Positions 36,291-47,900 of a stretch of DNA of 64,000 bases are shown piece by piece; the first letter of the stretch is position 1, and every line of letters starts with the position of its first letter. The DNA comes from Macrostomum lignano (lineage: Eukaryota). The stretch covers positions 62,001 through 126,000 of the forward strand of contig NIVC01000044.1 of NCBI GenBank assembly GCA_002269645.1. The letters are read 5' to 3'. The position numbers and the translations under genes are program-made. The notes below the pieces were generated by a model. The model saw nothing but the letters and a program-made list of their open reading frames with translations, searched no databases and had not been told where the DNA came from.

Positions 36291-39142
36291 TCAGCTACTA
36301 GCAGTAGCCACTGGCTCTTCAAGCGCGGCCAGCTGCAACACGGGAGCCAATAATAGGAATGCATCCTGCAGGTAGGCTTTGGCTCCTTCGGCTTCCAAGA
36401 TGACCTGAGTCATCGCCTGATTCACCGCGTGCTCGTCAACTGAGGTGGCAGCGGAAGCTTCGACACCTTCAGCGCCGCTGGCGGCTGCCTGGATGAGAAT
36501 ACAGGCTCTCTCTCGTACAGCATCGGCGCAGCCAATCAGAGCGAAGCAGAGGCCAACCAGCTTAGTAGCCGAATCGGCCGCGGCGGCGGCTGCCGAATCA
36601 GACGACGCTTCGGCCGCAGCCGAGGCCAGGCTGGCCGCCTTCAATAAATAATGCATAGTGGCGGCCGTCAGGGCGGCCAGGCGGCGGACACAGTCCACCT
36701 GCACAGTTTTAACATGGAGATTAATGTGGCTTTTTATCTGTACTACTTATAGTAAACAGAATTTAAACTAAAGGATGATTACTAGGAAAAGGGTTACAGT
36801 TAACGAGGGCGGCGGCTGAGTATAAGGACCTGGATTGTGGGTGACGCAGCAACTTCTCCGGGTGGCCCCAGCAACTTCTCCGGGTGGCCCCAGCAACTTC
36901 TCCGGGTGGCCCCAGCAACTTCTCCGGGTGGCCCCAGCAACTTCTCTGGGTGACGCAGCAACTTCTCTGGGTGGCCCCAGCAACTTCTCCGGGTGGCCCC
37001 AGCAACTTCTTCGGGTGGCCCCAGCAACTTCTCTGGGTGACGCAGCAACTTCTCTGGGTGGCCCCAGCAACTTCTCCGGGTGGCCCCAGCAACTTCTCTG
37101 GGTGGCCCCAGCAACTTCTCCGGGTGGCCCCAGCAACTTCTCCGGGTGGCCCCAGCAACTTCTTCGGGTGGCCCCAGCAACTTCTTCGGGTGGCCCCAGC
37201 AACTTCTCCGGGTGGCCCCAGCAACTTCTTCGGGTGGCCCCAGCAACTTCTCCGGGTGGCCCCAGCAACTTCTCTGGGTGACGCAGCAACTTCTCTGGGT
37301 GGCCCCAGCAACTTCTCCGGGTGGCCCCAGCAACTTCTTCGGGTGGCCCCAGCAACTTCTTCGGGTGGCCCCAGCAACTTCTTCGGGTGGCCCCAGCAAC
37401 TTCTTCGGGTGGCCCCAGCAACTTCTCTGGGTGACGCAGCAACTTCTCTGGGTGGCCCCAGCAACTTCTCCGGGTGGCCCCAGCAACTTCTTCGGGTGGC
37501 CCCAGCAACTTCTTCGGGTGGCCCCAGCAACTTCTCCGGGTGGCCCCAGCAACTTCTTCGGGTGGCCCCAGCAACTTCTCTGGGTGACGCAGCAACTTCT
37601 CTGGGTGGCCCCAGCAACTTCTCCGGGTGGCCCCAGCAACTTCTTCGGGTGGCCCAGCAACTTCTCTGGGTGACGCAGCAACTGAGGATCTGGGAGGCTG
37701 GCACAGCAACTGACACTCTGAGAGGCTGGCCCAGCAACTGAGGATCTAGGAGGCTGGCCCAGCAACTGACACTCTGGGAGGCTGGCCCATCAACTGAGGA
37801 TCTGGGAGGCTGGCCCAGCAATTGAAGGATCTGGGAGGCTGGCGGAGCAACTGAAGATCTGGGAGGCTGGTCCAGCAACTGAGCATCTGGGAGTGGGGCG
37901 GCATAGACTGACCAGTTTAGATAGGATGGCTGGTAGCCCAGCATGAACAGATATCGATGAGTCACAAACCTGCAGCCCAACAATATCCTTATCGGACGAG
38001 CCCTCCTCCCCGTCTCCGCTGTCGGCAGGCAGGCAGTCGGCGGCAACCGCTTTGCTCAGCCAGGCATTGGCCGGGCCAAACTGATCGGGCAGGGCCGCCA
38101 GCGCCGCTTCGAGCGTCTCCGGCTTGACCGAGCTGTCCTCCGCCTCGTCGTCGCCTGGTTCGGCTCGGACCCGTTCGAGTCGGGCCAAAATCTCGGCCAT
38201 AGTCGGCCGCATACCAGGCCGAGTGGACAACTTGGCCTGCAGGCGGAGCTCGCACTGGCCGGCCAGAGTCTGCAGGCCGTCCAAATAGGCCGAGCCGTTT
38301 AATCGATCGAATTGGCAAGCGAAATCAGCTGAATCAATGTCGGCATCGGCGGCGACGTCGGTAGAGTCGCTGGAGGAGGCGGCGGCAGCGGCGGCGGCGG
38401 CGTTGGACCCGCCGCTAGCCTGAGCCTCCCGGAGCAGTTCGGACAAGTTCGGCCGCCTGCCCCGGCCAAGTAGCACTTTTGTGCGCTGAAATCCCGGATC
38501 GGTTTCTTGCAAAGCGTCCATAGTCCGTTTGCCGAGCGTTTCTAACAGGTCGAGGCCGCCAGTGACCAAGTAGCTGCCCGTCTGCGTCACTGAGGAAGTC
38601 AAGGCGCCGCCAACGCGCCAGCTTGACTTCAGCCAGCCGGATTCGCTGCCGCTGTCCGCATTTTGATCGGCTTTGCCTTCTTGCTGCTCCTGCTCTTGCG
38701 GTTTTTGCTGCTGCTGCGAGTCTTCAGTAGCAGCCTGAGTAGCAGCTCCGCCATCGCTGGCCATGTCCTCGGGCGACGGGGCGTCAAGCACCGATTCTAC
38801 AGTACGGGACACTGTGCCAATGCCGTCGCCCAGCTCTTTGGCTAGGACTGTCACGCCGGACTTCGCGCCGGAGATCAGACTTTGGCCCCACGACAGACCC
38901 CAGGAGGTCCAGCCGCTGCCGCCTCCAGCAGCGCCTTCGCCATAGCTGAGTTCCACATTGGGACCAGCTGCATCAGCTTCAGCAGCAGTTGGAGGCTGGT
39001 TAATCACTACAGGAGCTGGGTGAGGATTAGCATTGTTAGTTTCAACATTCTCAGTTGAATTTGAGTTCTTTTCTACTGTAGGCTTATCAACCATTGCCTC
39101 TTCGTCGGCACTTTCAAAGTCGCCACTTTCTGAGTCAGACAT
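36291..39142 (-). CDS. FAM114A2: FAM114A family (Noxp20-like) protein, 2 exons, ~526 aa
   Basis: Exons 39142-37970 and 36698-36291 (CAG|gtttgt ... gtgcag|GTG, phase 0). Motifs WTSWGLSWGQSLIS, TGGLDLLETLGKRTMDALQETDPGF and C-terminal AFLLLAPVLQ are typical of FAM114A. A1 versus A2 paralogue cannot be resolved. Confidence 0.82.
36843..37890. repeat. Compound array: 22-bp (cagcaacttctccgggtggccc) grading into 28-bp (ctgggaggctggcccagcaactgaggat), FAM114A intron
   Basis: Seen directly; the unit switch is near 37680. Confidence 0.93.
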
Positions 39143-41175
39143 TGTTTCAGTTTCAATGCTTATGGTGAGGAACTAACTGCATGCATTAAAGTATTTGAGA
39201 CTAATTATGTATAGTAAAAATCGTACCTGTTTTGTTTAAAAAGCATAAAAACTTTGTAAGGGGTCTTAGCCTAGTGATCCAGCATGGCCAATGGTCTGGG
39301 CTCGATTCCAAATGCAGTCGCATCAATTTGGGGGCTAAATTGGAATCTCAACTTGTGTTTACTTGTGCATTTAACACCCTTGCAGGCCAAGGCATAGTAA
39401 AGTATACATGCTTAACAATAAATAAAGTTTAAAGATTACTACTATATGTGTATTTGTGTATATTTAAACACCTCTATGATTGTTTGCTTGCATATGTACA
39501 TTCCTATGTGCATATACTTGTTGGTATATATATTCCTGTGTATATCTATATAGATAATTGCATAATGCATATTTATATACTTATACCTACTTAGATCAAT
39601 TAGCAAAATAGATAATAATGCCTCTTGATAATTATAATAATACTTCTTAAAGTACACAAGGATATATAGTCCTTGCCTCTAATGGTAAACAAAATCCTCA
39701 ATTATATTATTAGGTTTTTAATAGTATATACATGCTATAAGACATCCTGAATTTCATTCTAGCATCTACCCCTATATACTCAACTTGACCCCTGTTTCAG
39801 GGGAATCATTAAAATTTAATTGCAATCTCAATACAACATGGCTCGAGCACCCAAAAGGTTATTTGCATTAAACATAGAACATGTGTCATCCACCCCCTCA
39901 AATATATAGCAACCCATGGGCAAAGGTTAGGGTGGTTCTTTTTACAAACATGCTACCAACTCTCTATTAGAGAAGCAAAGTGGCCAAAGAAGGTTACAAG
40001 AAATGTTTTCTGCTTTTTTCAAACTTTTCAAATAATTTTAAAAATTTCAACAATAAAATAGCTTATTTGTTGCATAGGAAAATTCTTCATTGATAGATAT
40101 AAGTCTTGCATTTGATTTGCCAGCTGTCTAGGAGGAGATACGCATTAAACCTAGCCGGTCAATTGATCAATCTAGTTAGCTTTAGATATAAAATAACTTT
40201 AGAACAAGTATACAATATAATTAATGCACTATCTTAGTTTTAACTAAATAAGAAGATATAATTCTAATAGATTATTATATTTAGCCATTAACAGTAAAAA
40301 CTTTTAGCAAAAAAGTATAAATTTTTAATACTATTTAATATAAGCTGAATTGCAGAATTGGTATCATAGAATACTTTATAGTTAAATATAAAATTAATAA
40401 CTTTATTAAAATTACTATATATTGATTTCAATATAAATATTTTTAACAAAATTATACTTAATAACATTTTATACGAAGTTTTTAGAATATGACTTGAGTT
40501 ATGGCCTATGGGCTTTGTATTAGGCCTATATTAGTTTTTAGTATATTTGCTTATATAACAATACACAAAAAATGGTTGATATACAATTTAATATGCTCAA
40601 TGCATTCTAGAATTAAAAAAATTGTTTACACCTTGGCAAATCAATAGAATTGTGAGTTTTTTTTAAGAAAAAACAAATTTCATTTGACATTTAATAAGTC
40701 AAATAAAACATATGTTTATATAATATTACAAAAAAACATTTTACTTTCTAGCCATGCATTCTTGCTTTTTATAAATTTAGTTAAAATATAAATAAATAAT
40801 TGATTTTGTCACAATTGTTGTAATGTAATTATACATAGCTAGGCCTATATTTAATCAAACAAAAAATTAATTTAACCAATTATAAATACTTAAATATTAT
40901 ATTACACAACATGCACTATGCTATACAATTGAAAATTAGCTTTGTTTTATTTTAAAGCTTAAAATGATTTTTATTTAGAGTCACATGGTCTAGGGCTAAT
41001 TGGCTAAAGAATTTTTTGTCAAAATAGAATGTGGCTTAAGCATCAAGGTATTTCTGGTGTAAAAGCTGTCAATGGCTATGCAGCCAAGGCGAGAAACTTT
41101 ATAGAGGCTTATTAGCGATAAATTAAGAATTAAAAAGAACCAAATAAATCCCATCCTAGTCCAGAATCTGACCTA

Positions 41176-41437
41176 GGGCCTTTTCATATTGCTTGCTCTG
41201 GTTCCAGAACCAGAACCAATTTGTGAAGTATAACTTTTTGTCTCCATAACGAGAGGGAGATACGCGCAATTAAGTTTTTATTATTGAATGACAATCGCCA
41301 AGAAGAAAGTGAAAAATTGTGCTAAGAATTAGGTTGTTAAGGCAGTCAAATATTAACAGAGTTTAATAGTTATACTGCTGTTTTTCTTGGAATTCCGAAC
41401 CGATTCTGGTTCTGGAATTGTTAATATGAAAAGGCCC
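41176..41437. mobile_element. PIF/Harbinger-like MITE
   Basis: Perfect 15-bp terminal inverted repeats GGGCCTTTTCATATT (41176-41190) and AATATGAAAAGGCCC (41423-41437). Subterminal inverted TTCCAGAACCAGAA / TTCTGGTTCTGGAA. Identical 3-bp flank CTA on both sides. Confidence 0.75.
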
Positions 41438-41939
41438 CTAAACTTAAAATGAAATGTACTGAGATTCTCAGTTTTATAACTCGTGACGTACGAAAACATT
41501 TAAAATGCTGCTTTTTGTGACTAATAGTAAAACACTTCAAAAAAGCAAAAAACTCTATTACTTTTTTATGAGTATCATGACAATAGTTTCAAAGTATATT
41601 TTTTTTAGTTCTGTATAAAATACTAGAAAATTAGTTTTCATTACTTGTATGCAATGCTTGACCATGTCTTTTAAATTCAGTTTAAATTCTTTTAAATAAT
41701 TCATTCAAAGTCAACTACTAGTGTGTTAGTTAACATTCTCGAATTTTTTCATTAGTAACCTAGTTTCTAAAAGGTTGTAATCTGTTTGTTATTAGACACA
41801 GGACTCGTGCCATTCCTTTTAAAATTAGATTTAAAATCTAAAAAAAATATAAGAGCTATTCCTGTTACTGTTATTTTTGCTTTTTTTCATTTTTGTGTGG
41901 CTTTGGCAGTGACTGTCTTAAGTTTAAAGTTTAAGCATA

Positions 41940-44158
41940 ATGTATCTTTCTTCCAAAACTGGATTCAAAATTCCTTCTGTTGGTCTTGGTACTTGGCAGG
42001 TAAACATAATGTTCCTCTATAACATACACTAGTATGACATCTATATTTGTTATCTTACAATATTTTTGATTAAATTCATTTGAATTGAGTGTTAATTTGA
42101 AAATTTTAGGATGATTTGTACATTTAGACAATAACTTTTACTATGTATAATTTAAATATGTGTACGAAGTTCAAATTGTTTCAAATATGTATGAGCGTAA
42201 GATGTATAAGTTGCTAAAATCAACATATTTATCTAATCACTTTTTAGGCTCCTAAAGGTGAAGTCTGTTCTGCTGTAAAAGCAGCAATTGATGTAGGCTA
42301 TAGGCACATTGACTGCGCTGCTGCATATGGCAATGAGGATGAGGTCGGTGATGCCATTGCAGCCAAGCTAAGCGAGGGAGCAGTCTGCAGAGAGGACTTG
42401 TTTGTGACTAGCAAGCTGTGGAACACCTACCACCGGCCTGACTTGGTCAAAGTAGCCTGCAAAAAGTCGCTGGAGAATCTTAAGCTCTCCTATCTCGATT
42501 TGTATTTAATTCATTGGCCTATGGCTTACGTGGTGAGTTGATTGTAAAACAAAGAGCAGTTTTATTTATATTTTCCTTTCATTTCCTTAATATCTCACTT
42601 GATACCTTGCTGTTCATTGCAGGAAGATCGAGAATTTTTTCCAAAAGACGAAAATGGAAAGTTTATTTTCTCCGAAGTAGATTATCTCGATACTTGGAAG
42701 GTGCGTTTCTTGAGATGACCTTAAACTAGCTTTTTTAAAGTAGCCATAATCCAACCCTGAGAATCGCCACAATTCAACCCTAAGAATCGCCCCAATCCAA
42801 CCGTGAGAATCGCCCCAACCCAACCCTGAGAATCGCCCCAATCCAACCGTGAGAATCGCCCCCAATCCAACCCTGAGAATCGCCCAATCCAACCCTGAGA
42901 ATCGCCCCCAATCCAACCCTGAGAATCGCCCAATCCAACCCTGAGAATCGCCCCAATCCAACCCTGAGAATCGCCCCAATCCAACCCTGAGAATCGCCCC
43001 AATCCAACCCTGAGAATCGCCCCAATCCAAGCCTGAGAATCGCCCCAATCCAACCCTGAGAATCGCCCCAATCCAACCATCAATCCGTGCAGGCCATGGA
43101 GCAGCTGGTAGACGAAGGCCTTGCTAAGGCAGTCGGCGTGTCGAACTTCAACTCCGAGCAGCTGGGCCGGATCCTAGCCAACTGCCGAATTCCCCCAGCC
43201 TGCCTGCAGATAGAGAGCTCGCCCTATTTCGTGAATGGCCGCCTGATTGACTTCGCCCAGCGCGCGGGCATAACTGTTGTAGCCTACAGCCCGTTGGGCA
43301 GCCCGAAGCGACCCTGGGCAAAGCCGGGCGATCCTCAGCTACTTGACGAACCGCTATTGAAAGCTATCGGCGCCAAATACGGGAAATCTCCGGCCCAGGT
43401 GGTGCTGCGATTCCAGCTAGAACGAAATGTCGGCGTTGTGCCAAAGTCTGTCAAGCCTGAAAGGATGAAAGAAAATCTTGACGTGAGTGATGTGCTAGCC
43501 TTCTAATCCAGGTTTCTCATTCAAGAGCACCCTATTTCTCATTCAAAAGCTTCATTTATGGGCCGAGAGCCTCATGAGAGCCTCATTTATAGTCTGAGAG
43601 CCTCATTTCTGGTCCGAGAGCCTCATTTCTGGTCTGAGAACCTCATTTCTGGTTCGAGAGCCTCATTTCTGGTCTGAGAACCTCATTTCTGGTCCGAGAG
43701 CCTCATTTTTAGTCCAAGAAGTCTCATTTCTGGTCCGAGAGCCTCATTTCTTGTCGAGAGCCCCATTTCTGGTCCGAGAGCCTCACATTTGATTCAATAA
43801 CCTTTTTTATCTAATCTTGGACCTTATTTCTATTATCAAGGCCCTCCCATCATTCTTTATTTTCAATATATCACCATTTAATATTATTACGAATTCAAAT
43901 TAACATTTTTTAACGCTTGCGTTTCAGGTTCTTGACTTTTCTCTGACTAAAGAAGAAGTGGAGCAAATCGCCGCTTTTAACAAAGACTACAGAGCCGTTT
44001 TGCTTGAATGGTTTGTACTTTTAACTGTACTTTATTTTTATATCTTCGTTGATACATTAACTTTTTGTTTCTAGATTAAGTTTATACACTTTTGTTTTCC
44101 ATCTAAAATTTGCAGGGTTGCGCATCACAAATATTATCCATTCAAGGAGCCATTTTAA
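41940..44158 (+). CDS. Aldo-keto reductase family 1 (aldose/aldehyde reductase-like), 6 exons, 312 aa
   Basis: Exons 41940-41999, 42248-42532, 42623-42700, 43093-43482, 43928-44010, 44116-44158 (939 nt). Motifs [57 protein letters not shown] and YYPF. The Asp/Tyr/Lys/His catalytic tetrad is intact. Confidence 0.93.
42745..43080. repeat. 24-bp minisatellite (ccaatccaaccctgagaatcgccc), AKR intron 3
   Basis: Seen directly. Confidence 0.95.
43560..43790. repeat. 20-bp minisatellite (gagcctcatttctggtccga), AKR intron 4
   Basis: Seen directly. Confidence 0.92.
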
Positions 44159-44669
44159 GCAAATTCAAATCGGCGCGCAAGTTCCGGTGTTTATCATCGT
44201 TGCGGAGATTTTTTGTTTTAGTCGATTAAAGATCAAATTAAACAATGACCAAAAGTTACTTTTTTAATTTTTCATAGCTTAGATATAATTATTTAAATTA
44301 CTTGAGCGAAATGCAATGTTTTTCCATATTTTGATTCTTTCTAGGCTATTTTACCATTTAGGACGATTTATAAATCAGCTTTTAAGCTTGCTAAAAGCCC
44401 AGAGTGCAATATATTGTATTTATTACCAGCCTTCTATACAAATTTAATTTGATTTCTTACTCGCTATCAATGACAGGAGTGTTTCTATGGTGCTAATCGC
44501 GAACAAAAGATTATCTGCTTATTGGTTAATTGATTTCATGAACTTCTGCTAAATAGACCTTTATTGTCCTTTTTGAACAGTCTTGACTTTATTGTTTTAA
44601 TAAATTTTATAATGCATAGAATATTTCCGATTTAAATTTTCTAGTTCAGATCTATCGATATTTCTAAAA

Positions 44670-44840
44670 GGTCCTTGAATGGGCCGCTATATCCTCTCTT
44701 TAGTGGTCCTTGAATGGGCCGCTATATCCTCTCTTCAGTGGTCCTTGAATGGGCCGCTATATCCTCTCTTCAGTGGTCCTTGAATGGGCCGCTATATCCT
44801 CTCTTCAGTGGTCCTTGAATGGGCCGCTATATCCTCTCTC
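44670..44840. repeat. 5 x 35-bp tandem repeat (ggtccttgaatgggccgctatatcctctcttcagt)
   Basis: Five near-identical copies starting at 44670, 44705, 44740, 44775 and 44810. Confidence 0.95.
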
Positions 44841-44998
44841 CCTCTTTAAGGCGTGGTCCCTGAGTAAGCTCCATTTCATTAAGATAGCTCATAGACTACT
44901 AAGAGCAACACCCCAATAAGAATTAGCATGTTTCTATTGGAAAATATTGCTCCTTTCTGTGCCCGCAGTCACCAAATCGTAAATGTTAACCAGCCGGC

Positions 44999-47900
44999 AT
45001 GTTTGATAGTTACCATAGCGATGAAGCGCCTAGCGATGAGAGGCCGCTAATATCCGATGGTACGTAATAAATGATTGGAAAAGTTCAAGCTTGAAGTTAG
45101 CTTAGATAAAAGTATAATACATTTACCGTTAAAGAATTTTGCTTGCTTAGCATTGTTAACCTTTCATATTATGCTCGTATTACGTACATGCATATTGCGT
45201 TGAATTTGCGTCAGTATGCTAATTGCATACCACATATGCTTGTTTATCTATCCGATAAGAATTGGAGCTCGAAAGGCAGAGCTAGAGATTGCAGGTGCGG
45301 TTTAGCATATTCAGCAACACTCATAGTTGCTATACACGAAGACTTTCAAACATTTCTTGTAGTTTTGCCTATAATGTTCCTCATACTACTAACATGCGTT
45401 TCTCTATTTAGGTCCAACAGAACATTTCTATGAAGAATGGGAAAAGAGTATTTTTAATTTTAGAGATATCAATGAGACTTCCTTTGTTGGTGAGACACTC
45501 GGACTGCCTGCTCTATTTAAAGTCCGAAGTTTTAAACTTTTAAACTGTTTCTTTTGTAGGATTCGGGATTTTTAAACCGTTGCTTTTGTAGGACTTGGGA
45601 TTTTTAAACCGTTGCTTTTGTAGGATTCGGGATTTTTAAACCGTTGCTTTTGTAGGATTCGGGATTTTTAAACCGTTGCTTTTGTAGGATTTGGGATTTT
45701 TAAACCCTTGCTTTGGTAGAATTTGGGATTTTTAAACCCTTGATTTTGTAGTATTTGGGATTTTTAAACCGTTGCTTTTGTAGAATTTGGGATTTTTAAA
45801 CCGTTGCTTTTGTAGGATTCGGGATTTTTAAACCGTTGCTTTTGTAGAATTTGGGATTTTTAAACCCTTGCTTTGGTAGAATTTGGGATTTTTAAACCCT
45901 TGATTTTGTAGTATTTGGGGTTTTTAAACCGTTGCTTTTGTAGGATTTTGGATATTTAACAGTTTCTTTTCGTAGGATTTAAGATTTTAAACCATTGCGT
46001 GGGGGGCCAGCCTCCCAGAGTGTCAGTTACTGGGCCAGCCTCCCAGAGTGTCAGTTACTGGGCCAGCCTCCCAAGTCCTCAGTTGCTGGGCCAGCCTCCC
46101 AGAGTGTCAATTACTGGGCCAGCCTCCCAAATCCTCAGTTACTGGGCCAGCCTCCCAGAGTGTCAGTTGCTGGGCCAGCCTCCCAGAGTGTCAGTTACTT
46201 GGCCAGCCTCCCAGGTCCTCAGTTGCTGGGCCAGCCTCCCAGAGTGTCAGTTACTGTGCCAGCCTCCCAAATCCTCAGTTACTGGGCCAGCCTCCCAGAG
46301 TGTCAGTTGCTGGGCCAGCCTCCCAGAGTGTCAGTTACTTGGCCAGCATCCCAGATCCTCAGTTGCTGGGCCAGCCTCCCAGATCCTCAGTTGCTGGGCC
46401 AGCATCCCAGATCCTCAGTTGCTGGGCCAGCATCCCAGATCCTCAGTTGCTGGGTCAGTCTCCCAGAGTGTCAGTTGCTGGGCCAGCCTCCCAGAGTGTC
46501 AGTTGCTGGGCCAGCCTCCCAGAGTGTCAGTTGCTGGGCCAGCCTCCCAGAGTGTCAGTTGCTAAGCCAGCATATCTTCCCCCATCAAACCGGCAGACGC
46601 AGCCTCAGCGGTCGCCGGCAAGGACGGAGACGTGGACATCGAGACCGCTCTGGACCAAGCTGGCTACGGCCGTCTCCACCTGGCCGTGATGTCCCTGTGC
46701 GCCTGGGCCTGCACCTCCGATGCCGTAGAAATCGTTTGCGTCTCCTTCATCCTGCCAGCTGCCGAGTGCGACCTGGGGCTCACCAGCTTCGACAAAGGCG
46801 CATTGAACGCTGTAATCTTTGCTGGCATGCTTGTCGGCGGCCTGCTCTGGGGTGCCGCAGGCGACGCTGTTGGTCGTCGAGCGACGCTAATCTGGTCGTT
46901 GACGGTGAACGCCACAGGCGGTCTGGCGTCCTGCCTGGCGCCAAACTTCTGGACCTTCCTAGCGTTGAGGTTCTTGTCCGGATTGGGCGTTGGCGGCTCT
47001 TATCCCGTCATTTTCTCCTACTATTCCGAGTGGCAGTCTAGGAGGCGTCGTGGCGCCGCGGTGGCCGCTCTGTCGTGCTGCTGGATGCTCGGCGGGCTGA
47101 TCACGGCAGCGGGAGCCTGGCTTGTTGTGCCTCGGCCTGGCTGGACCCCGTTCAACCTGTTTGGCGGGAGTGTGCCTTTTCATTCCTGGCGACTGTTTGT
47201 GGCGTTGTGCAGCCTGCCAAGTCTGACGTCAGCTGCGCTGTTTCCCTGCGTGCCTGAGAGTCCCAAGTATCTCCTGCAGGTGAGAGGGGTGCTCTGGTAG
47301 TTCAGGATTGTCTTTGTGTGTCTCTTTGTGTGCTAGTCTAGCAGTGTCTGCTGCACTTCAGATTTGTCTCTGGTAGTTCAGGAATGTCTCCGATGGTTCA
47401 GGGTGGTTCATGGTACTTCAGGATTGTCTTTGGTAGTTTAGGACTTTCTATGGTACTTCAGGATTGTCTTTGATAGTTCAGGATTTCCTCTGGTAGTTCA
47501 GGATTGTCTCATTGTCTGATAGTTCAGGATTGTCTCTGGTAGTTCAGGATTGTCTCTGGTAGTTCAGAATTGTCTCTGGTAGTTCAGGATTGTCTCTGGT
47601 AGTTCAGGATTGTCTCTGGTAGTTCAGGATTGCCTCTGATAGTTCAGGATTGTCTCTGGTAGTTCAGAATTGTGTCTGATAGTTCAGGATTGTCTCTGAT
47701 AGTTCAGGTTTGTCTCTGATAGTTCAGGTTTGTCTCTGATAGTTCAGGATTGCCTCTGTGTTCAGGATTGTCTCTGGTAGTTCAGGATTGTCTCTGGTAG
47801 TTTAGGATTGTCTCTGGTAGTTCAGGATTGTCTCTGGTAGTTTAGGATTGTCTCTGGTAGTTCAGGATTGTCTCTGGTAGTTCAAGATTGTCTCTGGTAG

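Noticed and set aside
42701-43927. Idea that the minisatellites created the introns
   Set aside because: Array-bearing AKR introns 3 and 4 sit at positions shared with human AKR1B1, so they predate the arrays; most units do not resemble flanking exon sequence.
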